Of a stretch of DNA of 41,092 nt, positions 1 through 9,241 are shown piece by piece. The first letter of the stretch is position 1; every line of letters begins with the position of its first letter. Made by a program: the position numbers and the translations under genes. Origin of the DNA: an uncultured Ruminococcus sp. Its GTDB lineage: Bacteria > Bacillota > Clostridia > Oscillospirales > Ruminococcaceae. The stretch covers positions 1 to 41,092 of the forward strand of contig CACXDI010000148.1 in the NCBI GenBank assembly GCA_902766335.1, in the 5' to 3' direction. The notes below the pieces were generated by a model. It did no database searches and was not told the DNA's origin. It saw only the letters and a list, made by a program, of their open reading frames with translations.

Positions 1-17
1 CCGACAGACCAGCCCGC

Positions 18-91
18 CGTCGTCAACTTTATGCAATCTGACGAAAAATCTGACGGCGTTTCTGACGCACAATGATTGTGCGGTGTTGCTT
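18..91. repeat. Partial copy (cut by the window edge) of a MITE-like palindromic repeat, inverted relative to the copy at 6296-6469
   Basis: tctgacgaaaaatctgacggcgtttctgacgcacaatgattgtgcggtgttgc matches the reverse complement of about 6298-6350 with 4 mismatches. Confidence 0.8.
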
Positions 92-99
92 ATACAGTA

Positions 100-130
100 C
101 CGCCCCTCCGCGTCAGACGTGAAGGGACGG
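100..130 (-). terminator. Probable terminator hairpin downstream of the XRE gene
   Basis: ccgtcccttcacgt-ctg-acgcggaggggcgg on the minus strand (G-U pairs, one mismatch) just after the stop at 137; weak U tract. Confidence 0.45.
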
Positions 131-136
131 TTTTCG

Positions 137-901
137 TTATCTCTTTTTGTATATCACAAGCTCCGGGTCTCTGCCGTCCTTTTCGTAGGTGCAGACCAGG
201 ATGAAATCCATGTTCGCAAGCACCCCGAAGCACCTGTCCCCGCCGAACTCGCACTCCAACTGATTGCCCAGATAGGTGGTGTCGTCATCGAGGAACTTGA
301 CTGTGTTTCCGTTTGGCAGACGGTAGGGAAGATTCACATAGCTCCCCACAAGCGCGTTGAGCTTTTCCAGCTTAGGCATACCCTCGATGTTCAGAGCGTT
401 TATCTCGCTGATGAGCTGCTGCTTGAACATATCAAATTCGCCGCCGTCGCTCAGCTGCTCGTAGCGCTTCCAGTAGTCCAGCTTCGGCAGCTTGTCTTTG
501 AGATACCTCCTCAGCTCTCCCTCCGTGTGACCGGTGTCCGCCATGTGCTTTATGCAAACGTCTATAAGATCGTCCATGTCGCTGTAGGTGTACTGTCCGT
601 CCGCGTAACACCATTTGCAGTAGCTGTCATTGGGCGAGCCGTCCTTCTCCCGGCTGATGATAGTCTCTTCCAGAGGCATACCGCAGCATTGGCAGATCAT
701 CTGCGCGGGCGTCCCCAGAAGCGTGTTGATAGATACGCCGAACAGCTCCGAGAGCAGCTTGAGCGTATCGGTGTTCGGCACAGTCTCGCCGGTCTCCCAG
801 CGGCTCACCGCCTGCCGCGTGACAAATACCTTCTCCGCAAGTGCGTCCTGGGACATTCCCTTTTGTGTGCGAAGCTCGTAGATTATATGCTTAGTTTCCA
901 T
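137..901 (-). CDS. XRE-family HTH regulator with putative zinc-ribbon domain and C-terminal domain of unknown function
   Basis: N-terminal HTH (MSQDALAEKVFVTRQAVSRWETG); CQCCGMPL...YCKWCY zinc ribbon; start moved to the ATG at 901 behind RBS aaggagg. Confidence 0.85.
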   Translation of the reverse strand: METKHIIYELRTQKGMSQDALAEKVFVTRQAVSRWETGETVPNTDTLKLLSELFGVSINTLLGTPAQMICQCCGMPLEETIISREKDGSPNDSYCKWCYADGQYTYSDMDDLIDVCIKHMADTGHTEGELRRYLKDKLPKLDYWKRYEQLSDGGEFDMFKQQLISEINALNIEGMPKLEKLNALVGSYVNLPYRLPNGNTVKFLDDDTTYLGNQLECEFGGDRCFGVLANMDFILVCTYEKDGRDPELVIYKKR

Positions 902-923
902 ACCGCTATCCCTCCTTGATATC

Positions 924-968
924 ATTGTACCACGGAAGAGCAAAGCAGTCAAGCAACTCTCAGTTGCT
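924..968 (-). promoter_or_regulatory. SigmaA promoter of the XRE gene with adjacent palindromic operator
   Basis: TTGACT (947-952)-17 bp-TACAAT (924-929); inverted repeat agcaact-ctc-agttgct at 952-968 abuts the -35. Confidence 0.7.
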
Positions 969-1161
969 ATCTGCCGTATTTTTCGATGTCCTCGTCGCTT
1001 ATCTCTCCGCCCACGTCCCAGTTCTTATCGTAGGCGAGCCGGTCATATACCCTGATATGCCTGCCGTCGTCGAGCACCAGCGTAGCCGTAGGCTCCTCGC
1101 CGGGCATGAATCCTTCGCAGCCGTTGTCCGGCTCGAAAAGATCGGTTATCCTGTGTTTCAT
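967..1161 (-). CDS. Small acidic hypothetical protein (64 aa)
   Basis: RBS aaaggag upstream; fills the gap in a co-oriented run of genes. Confidence 0.65.
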   Translation of the reverse strand: MKHRITDLFEPDNGCEGFMPGEEPTATLVLDDGRHIRVYDRLAYDKNWDVGGEISDEDIEKYGR

Positions 1162-1180
1162 AAGCAGCTCCTTTGCTTTT

Positions 1181-3349
1181 TTATACAGCCGTCCTCATTT
1201 TTGTGGTCTCACGCTGAGCCATTACGAGCTTGTAGTAAACGCCCTTTTTGCTCATCAGCTCCTTGTGAGAGCCGGTCTCGGCAAGCCTGCCCTTGTCCAG
1301 AACGAACAGCCTGTCCGCGCTCGACAGGGTAGAAAGCCGGTGTGCTATGGCGATAGTAGTCCTTCCCTTTGTCAGACGGTCAAGCGCCTGCTGTATCTGC
1401 TTTTCGGTGCGGGTGTCCAGCGATGCCGTTGCTTCGTCCAGTATCAGCACCTTCGGATCGCGGAGTATCGCCCTTGCTATAGCTATCCGCTGCCGCTCGC
1501 CGCCGGAAAGCTGGTAGCCCTTGTTGCCTACTCTGGTGTTGTAGCCGTCCGGCAGCTTGACGATGAAATCGTGAGCGTTAGCAGCCTTTGCGGCACGGAT
1601 TATATCCTCAAAGGAGGCAGCCGGATCCGCATAGGCTATGTTGTCGTAAACGCTGCCGTCAAACAGGAATGTCTCCTGCAAAACAACGCCTATCTGTGAG
1701 CGCAGGCTGTTCTGAGATATGCTCTTGAGCGGCACGCCGTCTATCGAGATCTCGCCCTCGGTGCAGTCGTAGAGCCGCATTATCAGATTTATCATCGTTG
1801 ACTTTCCGACTCCCGAATGACCTACTATGCCTATCATCTCGCCCTTGTTTATCTTGCAGGATATCTCCCTGAGCACCGGATCGTAGGGCTTGTAGCCGAA
1901 GCTTACGTTCTGAAATTCTATCTCGCCCTTGATATCAAGCTCCCGCGAGTCCTCGCTGTCCATGATCTCGCTGCGTTCGTCGATTATCTCGAAGATCTTT
2001 CCCGCCGAAACGGAGGCGTCCGCAAAGGTGCGGGGAATGAATATCAGCCAGAACAGCTGCTCGCTCAGCATAGCCGCGTAGCTTGTGAACTGCACCAGCT
2101 GCCCGACGCTCATGCTCCCGATAAGGACGTTCCTTCCGCCGAAGTACAGCACGAAATAGCTCCCCGCCGTCACCATGAAAAAGGAGAATGGCATGGTGAG
2201 ATACCATATTGTCTCGGCGCGTATGTTCGCTCTCACCAGCCGCTCGGAAGCGTCGGTGTAGCGCACCGATTCCCTGTCCTCGCTGCCGTAGCTTTTGACT
2301 ACTCTTATTCCGTTGAGTATGTCGTGCAGCAGCTCGCTGTGCCGGGTGCTGTATTTCCAGACCCTCGTGTAGTTCACTTTCATCGTGTCGTTGAGCTTTT
2401 TTACCATGACAAGCACCGGCGGTATCGGTATCAGCGTGAGCAGGGCAAGTCTCCAGTTGAGCGAGATCAGCAGCCCTGTCAGCAGCACCACCGAGAGTAT
2501 CCTTACTATCGCGTCCTTGCCGTTGGCGGTGATGAAGTCCTCTAGCTTAGCCGCGTCGTTGGAGATACGGTTTATCATCTCGCCCGCCGTGCGCCGGGAT
2601 ATTGAGCTCATGGAAAGCTGCTGCGATTTCCTGAACACCGTCTCCCGGAGATTCTTGCCGATGTTCAGCGATACCTTAAAGCTGTGCTTCATGTTGAAGT
2701 ATTCGAACACGCCCTCCAGCAGCATAAGCAATATCATGGAAACCGCAAGCAGCAGGATACCGGCTATGCTGTCCTTTTTGGGAGTGACGTACTTGTCTAT
2801 CAGCAGCCTGTCGAGGAACGGCACCGCCACCCAGATCAGCTGTGAAAGCACCGTGAATATGACCGCAATCGTAAAGCTCTTGCGGTAGGGAAGTATCATT
2901 TTAAGCAGCCGCACCATAGTCGATGCCGTGCTCTTGCAGAAAACGCACTCGCTGCTGCCCTCCAGCGGCAGCCCGCACTTGGGACAGACCGTCTCTTCCG
3001 CGCCCGTCTCTTTTATCAGCTCGTCCGTTCTGATGTAGTGGCAAAGCAGCTTGGCGACTTCGCCGTAGCGGGGGAACAGATCCTGGGTAAACCCGCAGAA
3101 GCCTGTCACCTCGCCGCCGGGAGCTATACCCTGAATGAAGGATGTGCCTATCCCCCGCCGTACAACAAATTCGGAAAAGTCCGAAATATTGTACACTTCT
3201 TCAAGCTCGCCGTCTATGTATATCTTTATTTCCTTTTCGGTAACGGCAAACACTCCGTCACATTCGTCGCCGCAGCCCGCAAACCCGAAGGGAAGTGAAT
3301 ACACTATACCCTCGCTGCCGCCGGGCGGAAGCTTCAGTATAAGCTTCAT
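1181..3349 (-). CDS. ABC exporter-type fused permease/ATPase with N-terminal extension and zinc-ribbon motif
   Basis: TM domain, Walker A GHSGVGKS, signature LSGGERQR, Walker B ILDEAT; CPKC...CVFC before the TM domain. Confidence 0.92.
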   Translation of the reverse strand: MKLILKLPPGGSEGIVYSLPFGFAGCGDECDGVFAVTEKEIKIYIDGELEEVYNISDFSEFVVRRGIGTSFIQGIAPGGEVTGFCGFTQDLFPRYGEVAKLLCHYIRTDELIKETGAEETVCPKCGLPLEGSSECVFCKSTASTMVRLLKMILPYRKSFTIAVIFTVLSQLIWVAVPFLDRLLIDKYVTPKKDSIAGILLLAVSMILLMLLEGVFEYFNMKHSFKVSLNIGKNLRETVFRKSQQLSMSSISRRTAGEMINRISNDAAKLEDFITANGKDAIVRILSVVLLTGLLISLNWRLALLTLIPIPPVLVMVKKLNDTMKVNYTRVWKYSTRHSELLHDILNGIRVVKSYGSEDRESVRYTDASERLVRANIRAETIWYLTMPFSFFMVTAGSYFVLYFGGRNVLIGSMSVGQLVQFTSYAAMLSEQLFWLIFIPRTFADASVSAGKIFEIIDERSEIMDSEDSRELDIKGEIEFQNVSFGYKPYDPVLREISCKINKGEMIGIVGHSGVGKSTMINLIMRLYDCTEGEISIDGVPLKSISQNSLRSQIGVVLQETFLFDGSVYDNIAYADPAASFEDIIRAAKAANAHDFIVKLPDGYNTRVGNKGYQLSGGERQRIAIARAILRDPKVLILDEATASLDTRTEKQIQQALDRLTKGRTTIAIAHRLSTLSSADRLFVLDKGRLAETGSHKELMSKKGVYYKLVMAQRETTKMRTAV

Positions 3350-3379
3350 ATATCTGCCCCCTTTCCTTTGTGTTTCAGA

Positions 3380-3910
3380 TCAAGTGAACATCTCCAGTAC
3401 CGAAAGGCTCTTTTTGTCCAGCCTGTGTATGTCCTCGCAGAAGTACTTGTTGCCGTCTGCGTCGTTGACATAGAGATAGCTGTCGGTGAGCATACGGAAG
3501 TTCTGATACCAGTCCTTTATGCATATGGTCTTTTCGCCCGCCGTAGTCAGCGACTTCACGAATATCGAGCCCTGCATATTGTCGCGTATGCTGTATACCT
3601 TGAGTATCTCCGGCATGAAGTACTTGTATTTCAGATAGCTGTCCAGTATTTTGTACTGTTCTTCCTCCAGGTCAGCCATGTTCTTTATGACACCTATCTC
3701 GTGGAACTCCTTCTCCTCGTCCTCGTAGGACAGGCTGATGTAGGTGGTCTTTGAGAAGAAGGGCACCAGCCGTGTGGGGTCTGTCTTGTGATAGACCTTG
3801 CCTTCGTATTCCAGCGTAAGGAATCCGCTCTTTTCGTGAGTGAGATGTATCTTCTTGCAGTCAAGGAGCTTCAGCTCATCGACTTTGTATAATTCTTCTG
3901 TTTCAGTCAT
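3380..3910 (-). CDS. DUF1854-like protein
   Basis: RLVPF..YISL..EIGVI..YFMPEI..I..DADGNKY pattern, size and position between two such ABC genes fit DUF1854; RBS aaggagg. Confidence 0.7.
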   Translation of the reverse strand: MTETEELYKVDELKLLDCKKIHLTHEKSGFLTLEYEGKVYHKTDPTRLVPFFSKTTYISLSYEDEEKEFHEIGVIKNMADLEEEQYKILDSYLKYKYFMPEILKVYSIRDNMQGSIFVKSLTTAGEKTICIKDWYQNFRMLTDSYLYVNDADGNKYFCEDIHRLDKKSLSVLEMFT

Positions 3911-3921
3911 GCTGCTCCTCC

Positions 3922-6192
3922 TTATTCGTTGATGAATTGCAGCGCCTCGAACTGCATCTTGTACAGATCGAAGTACTTGCCCTTTTTAGCTATAAGCTGA
4001 TCGTGTGTGCCGGTTTCCTTGAGCTCTCCGTTTTCGATAACGCAGAGCATATCCGCGTCGCGCAGCGTAGACAGCCTGTGGGCTATGGAAATTATCGTCC
4101 TGCCCGCCTTCAGCTTGTCTATGGACGCCTGTATCCGCCGCTCGGTGCGGGTGTCCATTGAAGCTGTGGCTTCGTCGAGTATAAGAATGTCGGGACGCTG
4201 TATTATAGCCCTCGCTATGGAAATGCGCTGCTTCTCGCCGCCCGACAGCAGCACTCCGCCCTCTCCGACTTTTGTATCGTAGCCGTCAGGCAGCTTCATG
4301 ATAAAATCGTGAGCGTTAGCCGCCTTAGCCGCTTCTATGACCTCTTCCATGGAAACCTTCGGGTCTGAATAGCGTATGTTGTCCGCGATAGAGCCGATGA
4401 ACAGATACGTCTCCTGCGAGACTATGCCTATGCACCGCCGCAGATCCTCAAAGGCTATGCTTCGCACGTTTACTCCGTCTATCAGTATCTCGCCGCCGGT
4501 GACATCGTATAGCCTTGCGATCAGGTTGATAATGGTGGATTTGCCGGCGCCGGTCTTTCCCACTATGCCGTACATCTGCCCCGCCTCGACTTTAAGGCTC
4601 ACGTCTTTGATTATCGGGTGTCCCGCTTCATACTCAAAGGACACGTTTTTAAGCTCTATCGAGCCGTTCATTCGCTCCATGCGCACCGGCTCGTCGGCTT
4701 CCTTGACCGAGGGCAGAGCGTCGGTTATCTCGAACATTCTCGACGCGGCGTCCATACACCTCGCCCAGCGGTCTCCTATCCATGTGAAGAAGTTGATCGG
4801 CTCGTAAGCCATTTCCGTGTAGGATATAAGCGTCGTCAGCGAGCCGAAGAGCAGATGTCCCCTTATGACCAGCACAGCGCCTATGTAGAAGAACAGCTTA
4901 CTGAGTATTCGGTAGAATGTCCATATCACCGGGATAGTTCCTGCGATACGCGAATTTATCGTGCTGTTTATAGCGAATGCAGTGCTGTTTTTGGCGGTGT
5001 ATCTTTTGGTCTCCAGGCTCTCGTTTGCAAATGCCTTGACCACCCGCTGTCCGTTCATGGCGTCGGAAAGCACCGAGTTTGCCGAGCGTGTGGCAACGTC
5101 GAACCGCCGGTAAAGCTTGCGTTGTGATCTGTAAAACCTGCTCTGGACGATCTCGATGAACGCTATGGAAAGTATCAGCCCGATAGAGAGCACGGGCGAC
5201 AGCGTCAGCATTATGACGGTGATACCCAGCAGCTTTACGATGTTGGTAAGCCCATAGGGCACTATGTCGGTGAAGAACCAGTAGACGTTCATGCTGTCGC
5301 GGTCAACTCTTGACATCAGCGAGCCTGTCTGCTTGCTGGTGAAAAACTCCAGCGACAGCCTTTGCATAGAGCTGAATATGTTGGTGCGGAGCCGGTGCGC
5401 TACCTTGGGCACTACCCTTGAGGTTATAAGCCCCGATACTATCCGCATGATCAGCGACACCAGATCCACCGAGATGACTATGCCTATCATCAGCGCCAGC
5501 TGTCCGTAGTGCTTTCCCTTCTCGTTGAGAATGTCATCGTAAAGCATCTTCGAGCCAAAGACCGGCGTCAGCACCGCCGTGAGATTGCACAGCAGTATCG
5601 TCAGCAGTATGAGCGCCACCGAGCCCTTGAACTCTCCGAACAGCTTCAAAAGCCTTCGGAATGTGGAGCGCCTGTCAACACAGTTGGGACATACCGGACG
5701 GTTGGGGTCAGGATAGGGCTCGCCGCATATGGGACAGTGGGTGTGCTTGCCTTCAAGCAGCGAATCGTCTATCGGCTCGCCCTTTATCGTCTTGTTGACT
5801 CTTTCGCAGAATTTCTCAAACTTGTCCGAAAACCCCAGCGAAAACCTCGCTATCGGGAACTCCTCGCCCTGGGCAGGCACCAGCATGAGCCTTGCCGCGT
5901 TTGCGTATCTGTCAACGTAAACGCTCTTTATGTCATCAAGCTGGAACTCCTCGTATCCCGAGGTCTTGAACGTCATGAGGGCAGGACGTTTTTCCTTTCT
6001 TTTCCGCTTGCCGTATTCCTCATAGCCGGATATGACCGACAGCGTTTCCGGCGTAAAAGTTATGTATACGTCTATATAACAGCCCTCGGCGTCCAGGTCT
6101 GCCTTCACGCAGTACATGAGCTTGTCCGCCGAGACGCCGCGCTTTGTCAGCTCCGTCTCGACAAGCTCCGGCATGACGTCAAAGTATTCCAT
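3922..6192 (-). CDS. ABC exporter-type fused permease/ATPase with N-terminal extension and zinc-ribbon motif
   Basis: Walker A GKTGAGKS, LSGGEKQR, ILDEAT; CPIC...CPNC; paralogue of 1181-3349. Confidence 0.92.
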   Translation of the reverse strand: MEYFDVMPELVETELTKRGVSADKLMYCVKADLDAEGCYIDVYITFTPETLSVISGYEEYGKRKRKEKRPALMTFKTSGYEEFQLDDIKSVYVDRYANAARLMLVPAQGEEFPIARFSLGFSDKFEKFCERVNKTIKGEPIDDSLLEGKHTHCPICGEPYPDPNRPVCPNCVDRRSTFRRLLKLFGEFKGSVALILLTILLCNLTAVLTPVFGSKMLYDDILNEKGKHYGQLALMIGIVISVDLVSLIMRIVSGLITSRVVPKVAHRLRTNIFSSMQRLSLEFFTSKQTGSLMSRVDRDSMNVYWFFTDIVPYGLTNIVKLLGITVIMLTLSPVLSIGLILSIAFIEIVQSRFYRSQRKLYRRFDVATRSANSVLSDAMNGQRVVKAFANESLETKRYTAKNSTAFAINSTINSRIAGTIPVIWTFYRILSKLFFYIGAVLVIRGHLLFGSLTTLISYTEMAYEPINFFTWIGDRWARCMDAASRMFEITDALPSVKEADEPVRMERMNGSIELKNVSFEYEAGHPIIKDVSLKVEAGQMYGIVGKTGAGKSTIINLIARLYDVTGGEILIDGVNVRSIAFEDLRRCIGIVSQETYLFIGSIADNIRYSDPKVSMEEVIEAAKAANAHDFIMKLPDGYDTKVGEGGVLLSGGEKQRISIARAIIQRPDILILDEATASMDTRTERRIQASIDKLKAGRTIISIAHRLSTLRDADMLCVIENGELKETGTHDQLIAKKGKYFDLYKMQFEALQFINE

Positions 6193-6295
6193 TTAGGTTT
6201 GCCCCCTTTCTTGTGTGGAATGATCCTAAAGCACCGGTCAGATCCTATCTCTCAGCGGGCTTTAGTGACCGCCCGGTGATTCAAGCGTTTTCTTT

Positions 6296-6469
6296 AGGCA
6301 ATACCGCACAATCGTTGTGCGTCAGATGCGCCGTCAGATTTTTCGTCAGAGTGACTAAAAACGACGCAGGCTTGCTGGCGCAAGTCAAGGAGTTTTTGGT
6401 TACTATGACGGAAAATATGCAAGCAGATGACGTGCAAAGGCGTTAGCCGGTGGTTGTGCGGTATTGCCT
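6296..6469. mobile_element. MITE-like 174-bp element with perfect 16-bp terminal inverted repeats and internal palindromy
   Basis: aggcaataccgcacaa (6296-6311) / ttgtgcggtattgcct (6454-6469); inner arms tttttcgtcagagtgactaaaaac / gtttttggttactatgacggaaaa; second copy at the window start; no transposase. Confidence 0.75.
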
Positions 6470-8175
6470 TTAAGATATTCTACCGCCCAGTCAAGCTCGT
6501 AGTCCTCTTTGTCGTGGAACATCTTCATAGCCGCTTCACGGTCAAAGGGGATATGTACCTCGACAGGATCCCGGCTTACCCGGTCAGGTTTGGTGTCGAT
6601 GTTCGGCTCGCCATTTTCGTTGAGCACCAGCCCGGTGGGATAGTACACCGTCACGATACCGTCCGAAAGAACGCTGATACCGCCGGTCTCCTGGTTGCAG
6701 CCGTTGGGATCGGTGATGCCCGCAAGGGTGACATTCGGCAGCTTGGAAAGAGACAGGGATAATCCGTCGCCCGCACTGGCACAGTCGCAGTTGGTGAGCG
6801 CTACCGCCTGGAGATCGGCGAACTCTCCGGTGCCGTGGATACCGTGATCGGAAACGCATATGTACTTGCCGTCCTTACGTATGCCAAGCCCCTGACCGTA
6901 CAGGTCATCATCGGTCAGCAGATCGCACAGCGCTGAGCCTATCTCGTCATAGCCGCCGCAGTTGTTGCGCAGGTCAATGACAAGATATTCCATGCCCTGA
7001 TCCTTCAGGCCGTTCAGCTTTTCCCGGAATATTTCCCTTGCATACTTCTGATCGCCGGTCAGTATGCCTACGTATTCTTCATAGACAGAATCAAGCTCCT
7101 CGGCGGTGATCTTTAGATAGCCGCACTTGTCGTCGAGCATTTTGGTGGTGAAATTCTCCTCCAGCAGTTTTTCCTCGCTGATCGGCGGTTCAAGACCTCT
7201 GAACCGAGCCGTTGCCTTGAATTTTGTTTTAAAGCTGCCGCTGTCGGATACTGTGACAGTCTGTTCCTTTCCGCCCTTGTCGATGAATGAGACTTCTACC
7301 GTATCGCCGCCCACAAGGTCGAGATTCATTACAGCGAGCATATCCGCGTTGGACTTTACCGGCTCGCCCTGATCGGGAGCGTCCTCTGCCGCCTTCAGAA
7401 CAGGCTTGCCGTTCCATTTGGTGATAACGGTACCGTCCTCGATACCCAGCTTTTTGGCTTTTTTGTTGGCGCATACGGCGATGACCTCTCCGCTGTCGAG
7501 CCTTACCGTCGCAAAGCCGTAATCGCGAATATCAAAACAGGTGGCAGGATCATCGGGCTCAAGAACGACTTCCGCATCCACATGACCGTCGTGAATTTCG
7601 TAGCAGAACATTTGTACCGTCTCGGCAAACTTTGCCGGATCCTGATCCTTTTCGGCTTTCTCCACCGCCGGCATATATTTGTCCTCCAGCGCCTGGAAAT
7701 CTACCTCCTTCCATTCCTTGAGGACATAATGCTCGTCCATATCCTGCACCAGCGAATGGAAGGACTCGGTGTAGCTCTCCCGCGTGTGGTTGAAGCTGTT
7801 GGGCGAGGTCAGCATAAAATACAGCCCGCAAAGGCAGGAAAGCAAACCGGTAAGCAGGGAGGATATCCTGTAGCCGATCCTCCGTCTTGCAAAGGGTATC
7901 GGCAGCAGCGCCAGTATACCTATTATATACATGGGGTAAAATCCGGCGAGCAGCGGCAGCGCGTACATTAAATAAATGTAAGCGTGTACGCCGCAGATGA
8001 TCAGCGGTATCAGACAAAGCAGCCTCCACCGTTTCAGCATTACCCCGTCGTCACTCCAGCAGCGGTGCAGTATCGCAAGGATCAGCATGACGAGCAGTAT
8101 TGCCGAGCACCATATTATGTGCGTGATATTTGACTCTGCAATAATATGCCGCAGGGCACCTAAGATATTTTCCAC
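6403..8175 (-). CDS. Membrane-anchored S41-family peptidase
   Basis: About four N-terminal TM helices; DGH, PDZ-like segment, DLRNNCGG and CASAGD (catalytic Ser) motifs; GTG start with RBS aggaga. Confidence 0.85.
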   Translation of the reverse strand: MENILGALRHIIAESNITHIIWCSAILLVMLILAILHRCWSDDGVMLKRWRLLCLIPLIICGVHAYIYLMYALPLLAGFYPMYIIGILALLPIPFARRRIGYRISSLLTGLLSCLCGLYFMLTSPNSFNHTRESYTESFHSLVQDMDEHYVLKEWKEVDFQALEDKYMPAVEKAEKDQDPAKFAETVQMFCYEIHDGHVDAEVVLEPDDPATCFDIRDYGFATVRLDSGEVIAVCANKKAKKLGIEDGTVITKWNGKPVLKAAEDAPDQGEPVKSNADMLAVMNLDLVGGDTVEVSFIDKGGKEQTVTVSDSGSFKTKFKATARFRGLEPPISEEKLLEENFTTKMLDDKCGYLKITAEELDSVYEEYVGILTGDQKYAREIFREKLNGLKDQGMEYLVIDLRNNCGGYDEIGSALCDLLTDDDLYGQGLGIRKDGKYICVSDHGIHGTGEFADLQAVALTNCDCASAGDGLSLSLSKLPNVTLAGITDPNGCNQETGGISVLSDGIVTVYYPTGLVLNENGEPNIDTKPDRVSRDPVEVHIPFDREAAMKMFHDKEDYELDWAVEYLKGNTAQPPANAFARHLLAYFPS

Positions 8176-8200
8176 TGTTCTTATCTCCTATCGTCAATCT

Positions 8201-8887
8201 TTACATAAGCGTCTGCTCGTTGATTATCAGATGAAAGTCCATGTTGAGGAAGTTCGCCGCCTTGCGGCAGAGCAGCATACGCTCAAGGAATATCTCAAAA
8301 TATTCGCCTATCTCGCCGTACCTGGTGTCTATCTCCAGCTTCAGCTTTATGGCGGTGTGCTCCTGGTTTATCTTCAGCTTTGAGGACTTGACCGAATAAT
8401 TCACTCTGTCGTGAATGTCATACTTGCTTGCGTCATCGTACTGCACACGGCTCCTTCTGACGTCCGATTTGTCCGCGATGATAAGCGCCGCCGCTATGCT
8501 GCTCACAGGTACGCCGCTGCCCTCGTCATGATTGCCGATAGCGCGTATCACGGGAGCGATGTCCTCAGAGGGCACACCCATTTTATCCAGAAGGTAAAAG
8601 GTCATCATAGCCCCCGACTGACTGTGGTCAACGCGGTTTATGATGTTCCCCAGATCGTGCATCCAGGCTGCCGTCAGCGCAAGATCAATGGTGTGATCGT
8701 CCTCGCCCAGCGTGTCGAGTATGTAAGCCGTGCGGTCTGCGACGACACCGATGTGAGCAAAGCTGTGCTCGGTGAATCCCATGGAATACAGCGACTTGTT
8801 CTGCTCCTCGATGTAAACGCTGATATCGTGATCGTGCTTCACTCTGTCAAAAAGAGGGAAGCGCTTTAATTCTTCCTGTACATTCAT
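8201..8887 (-). CDS. HD-domain phosphohydrolase
   Basis: TEHSFAH, MHDLGN, NHDE, IADKSD metal-binding motifs. Confidence 0.85.
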   Translation of the reverse strand: MNVQEELKRFPLFDRVKHDHDISVYIEEQNKSLYSMGFTEHSFAHIGVVADRTAYILDTLGEDDHTIDLALTAAWMHDLGNIINRVDHSQSGAMMTFYLLDKMGVPSEDIAPVIRAIGNHDEGSGVPVSSIAAALIIADKSDVRRSRVQYDDASKYDIHDRVNYSVKSSKLKINQEHTAIKLKLEIDTRYGEIGEYFEIFLERMLLCRKAANFLNMDFHLIINEQTLM

Positions 8888-8927
8888 TTTATCAGCCCCT
8901 TTATATTAAAATATTATTCCAGTATAG

Positions 8928-8956
8928 ATTATACCTTAAATATGGCAGATTGTCAA
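8928..8956 (-). promoter_or_regulatory. Consensus sigmaA promoter for the HD gene run
   Basis: TTGACA (8951-8956)-17 bp-TATAAT (8928-8933). Confidence 0.85.
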
Positions 8957-9037
8957 TAGTTTTCGGCAATAATGCCGGGCGGGCGCAGACTCCGGAACGA
9001 TCCGGCACACCTGACCAAAGCCATGCTCCCCAGCTAT

Positions 9038-9075
9038 GATGCAGCATAGCCGGCACAGATGCAGCATAGCCGGCA
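9038..9075. repeat. Tandem 18-bp direct repeat (period 20)
   Basis: gatgcagcatagccggca at 9038-9055 and 9058-9075. Confidence 0.85.
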
Positions 9076-9086
9076 TTTTATCGCTA

Positions 9087-9115
9087 TTGACAAAGCAGCC
9101 GCAAAGTGGTATAAT
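9087..9115 (+). promoter_or_regulatory. Consensus sigmaA promoter (extended -10) for the envelope locus
   Basis: TTGACA (9087-9092)-17 bp-TATAAT (9110-9115), with TGn before the -10. Confidence 0.85.
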
Positions 9116-9241
9116 TATACTGCTTACTGTAAAAAGGTTTTTGCTATTTGATCCCGCGAAAAACGTGCCCGGAAATATTGTCATTCAGCTGAGTAGTCAT
9201 ATGCCGGTCACTTCCGATATATTCAAAAAGGTGGAGAATTT

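Noticed and set aside
9038-9075. CRISPR array or iteron set
   Set aside because: Only two units separated by 2 bp, with no cas or rep gene.
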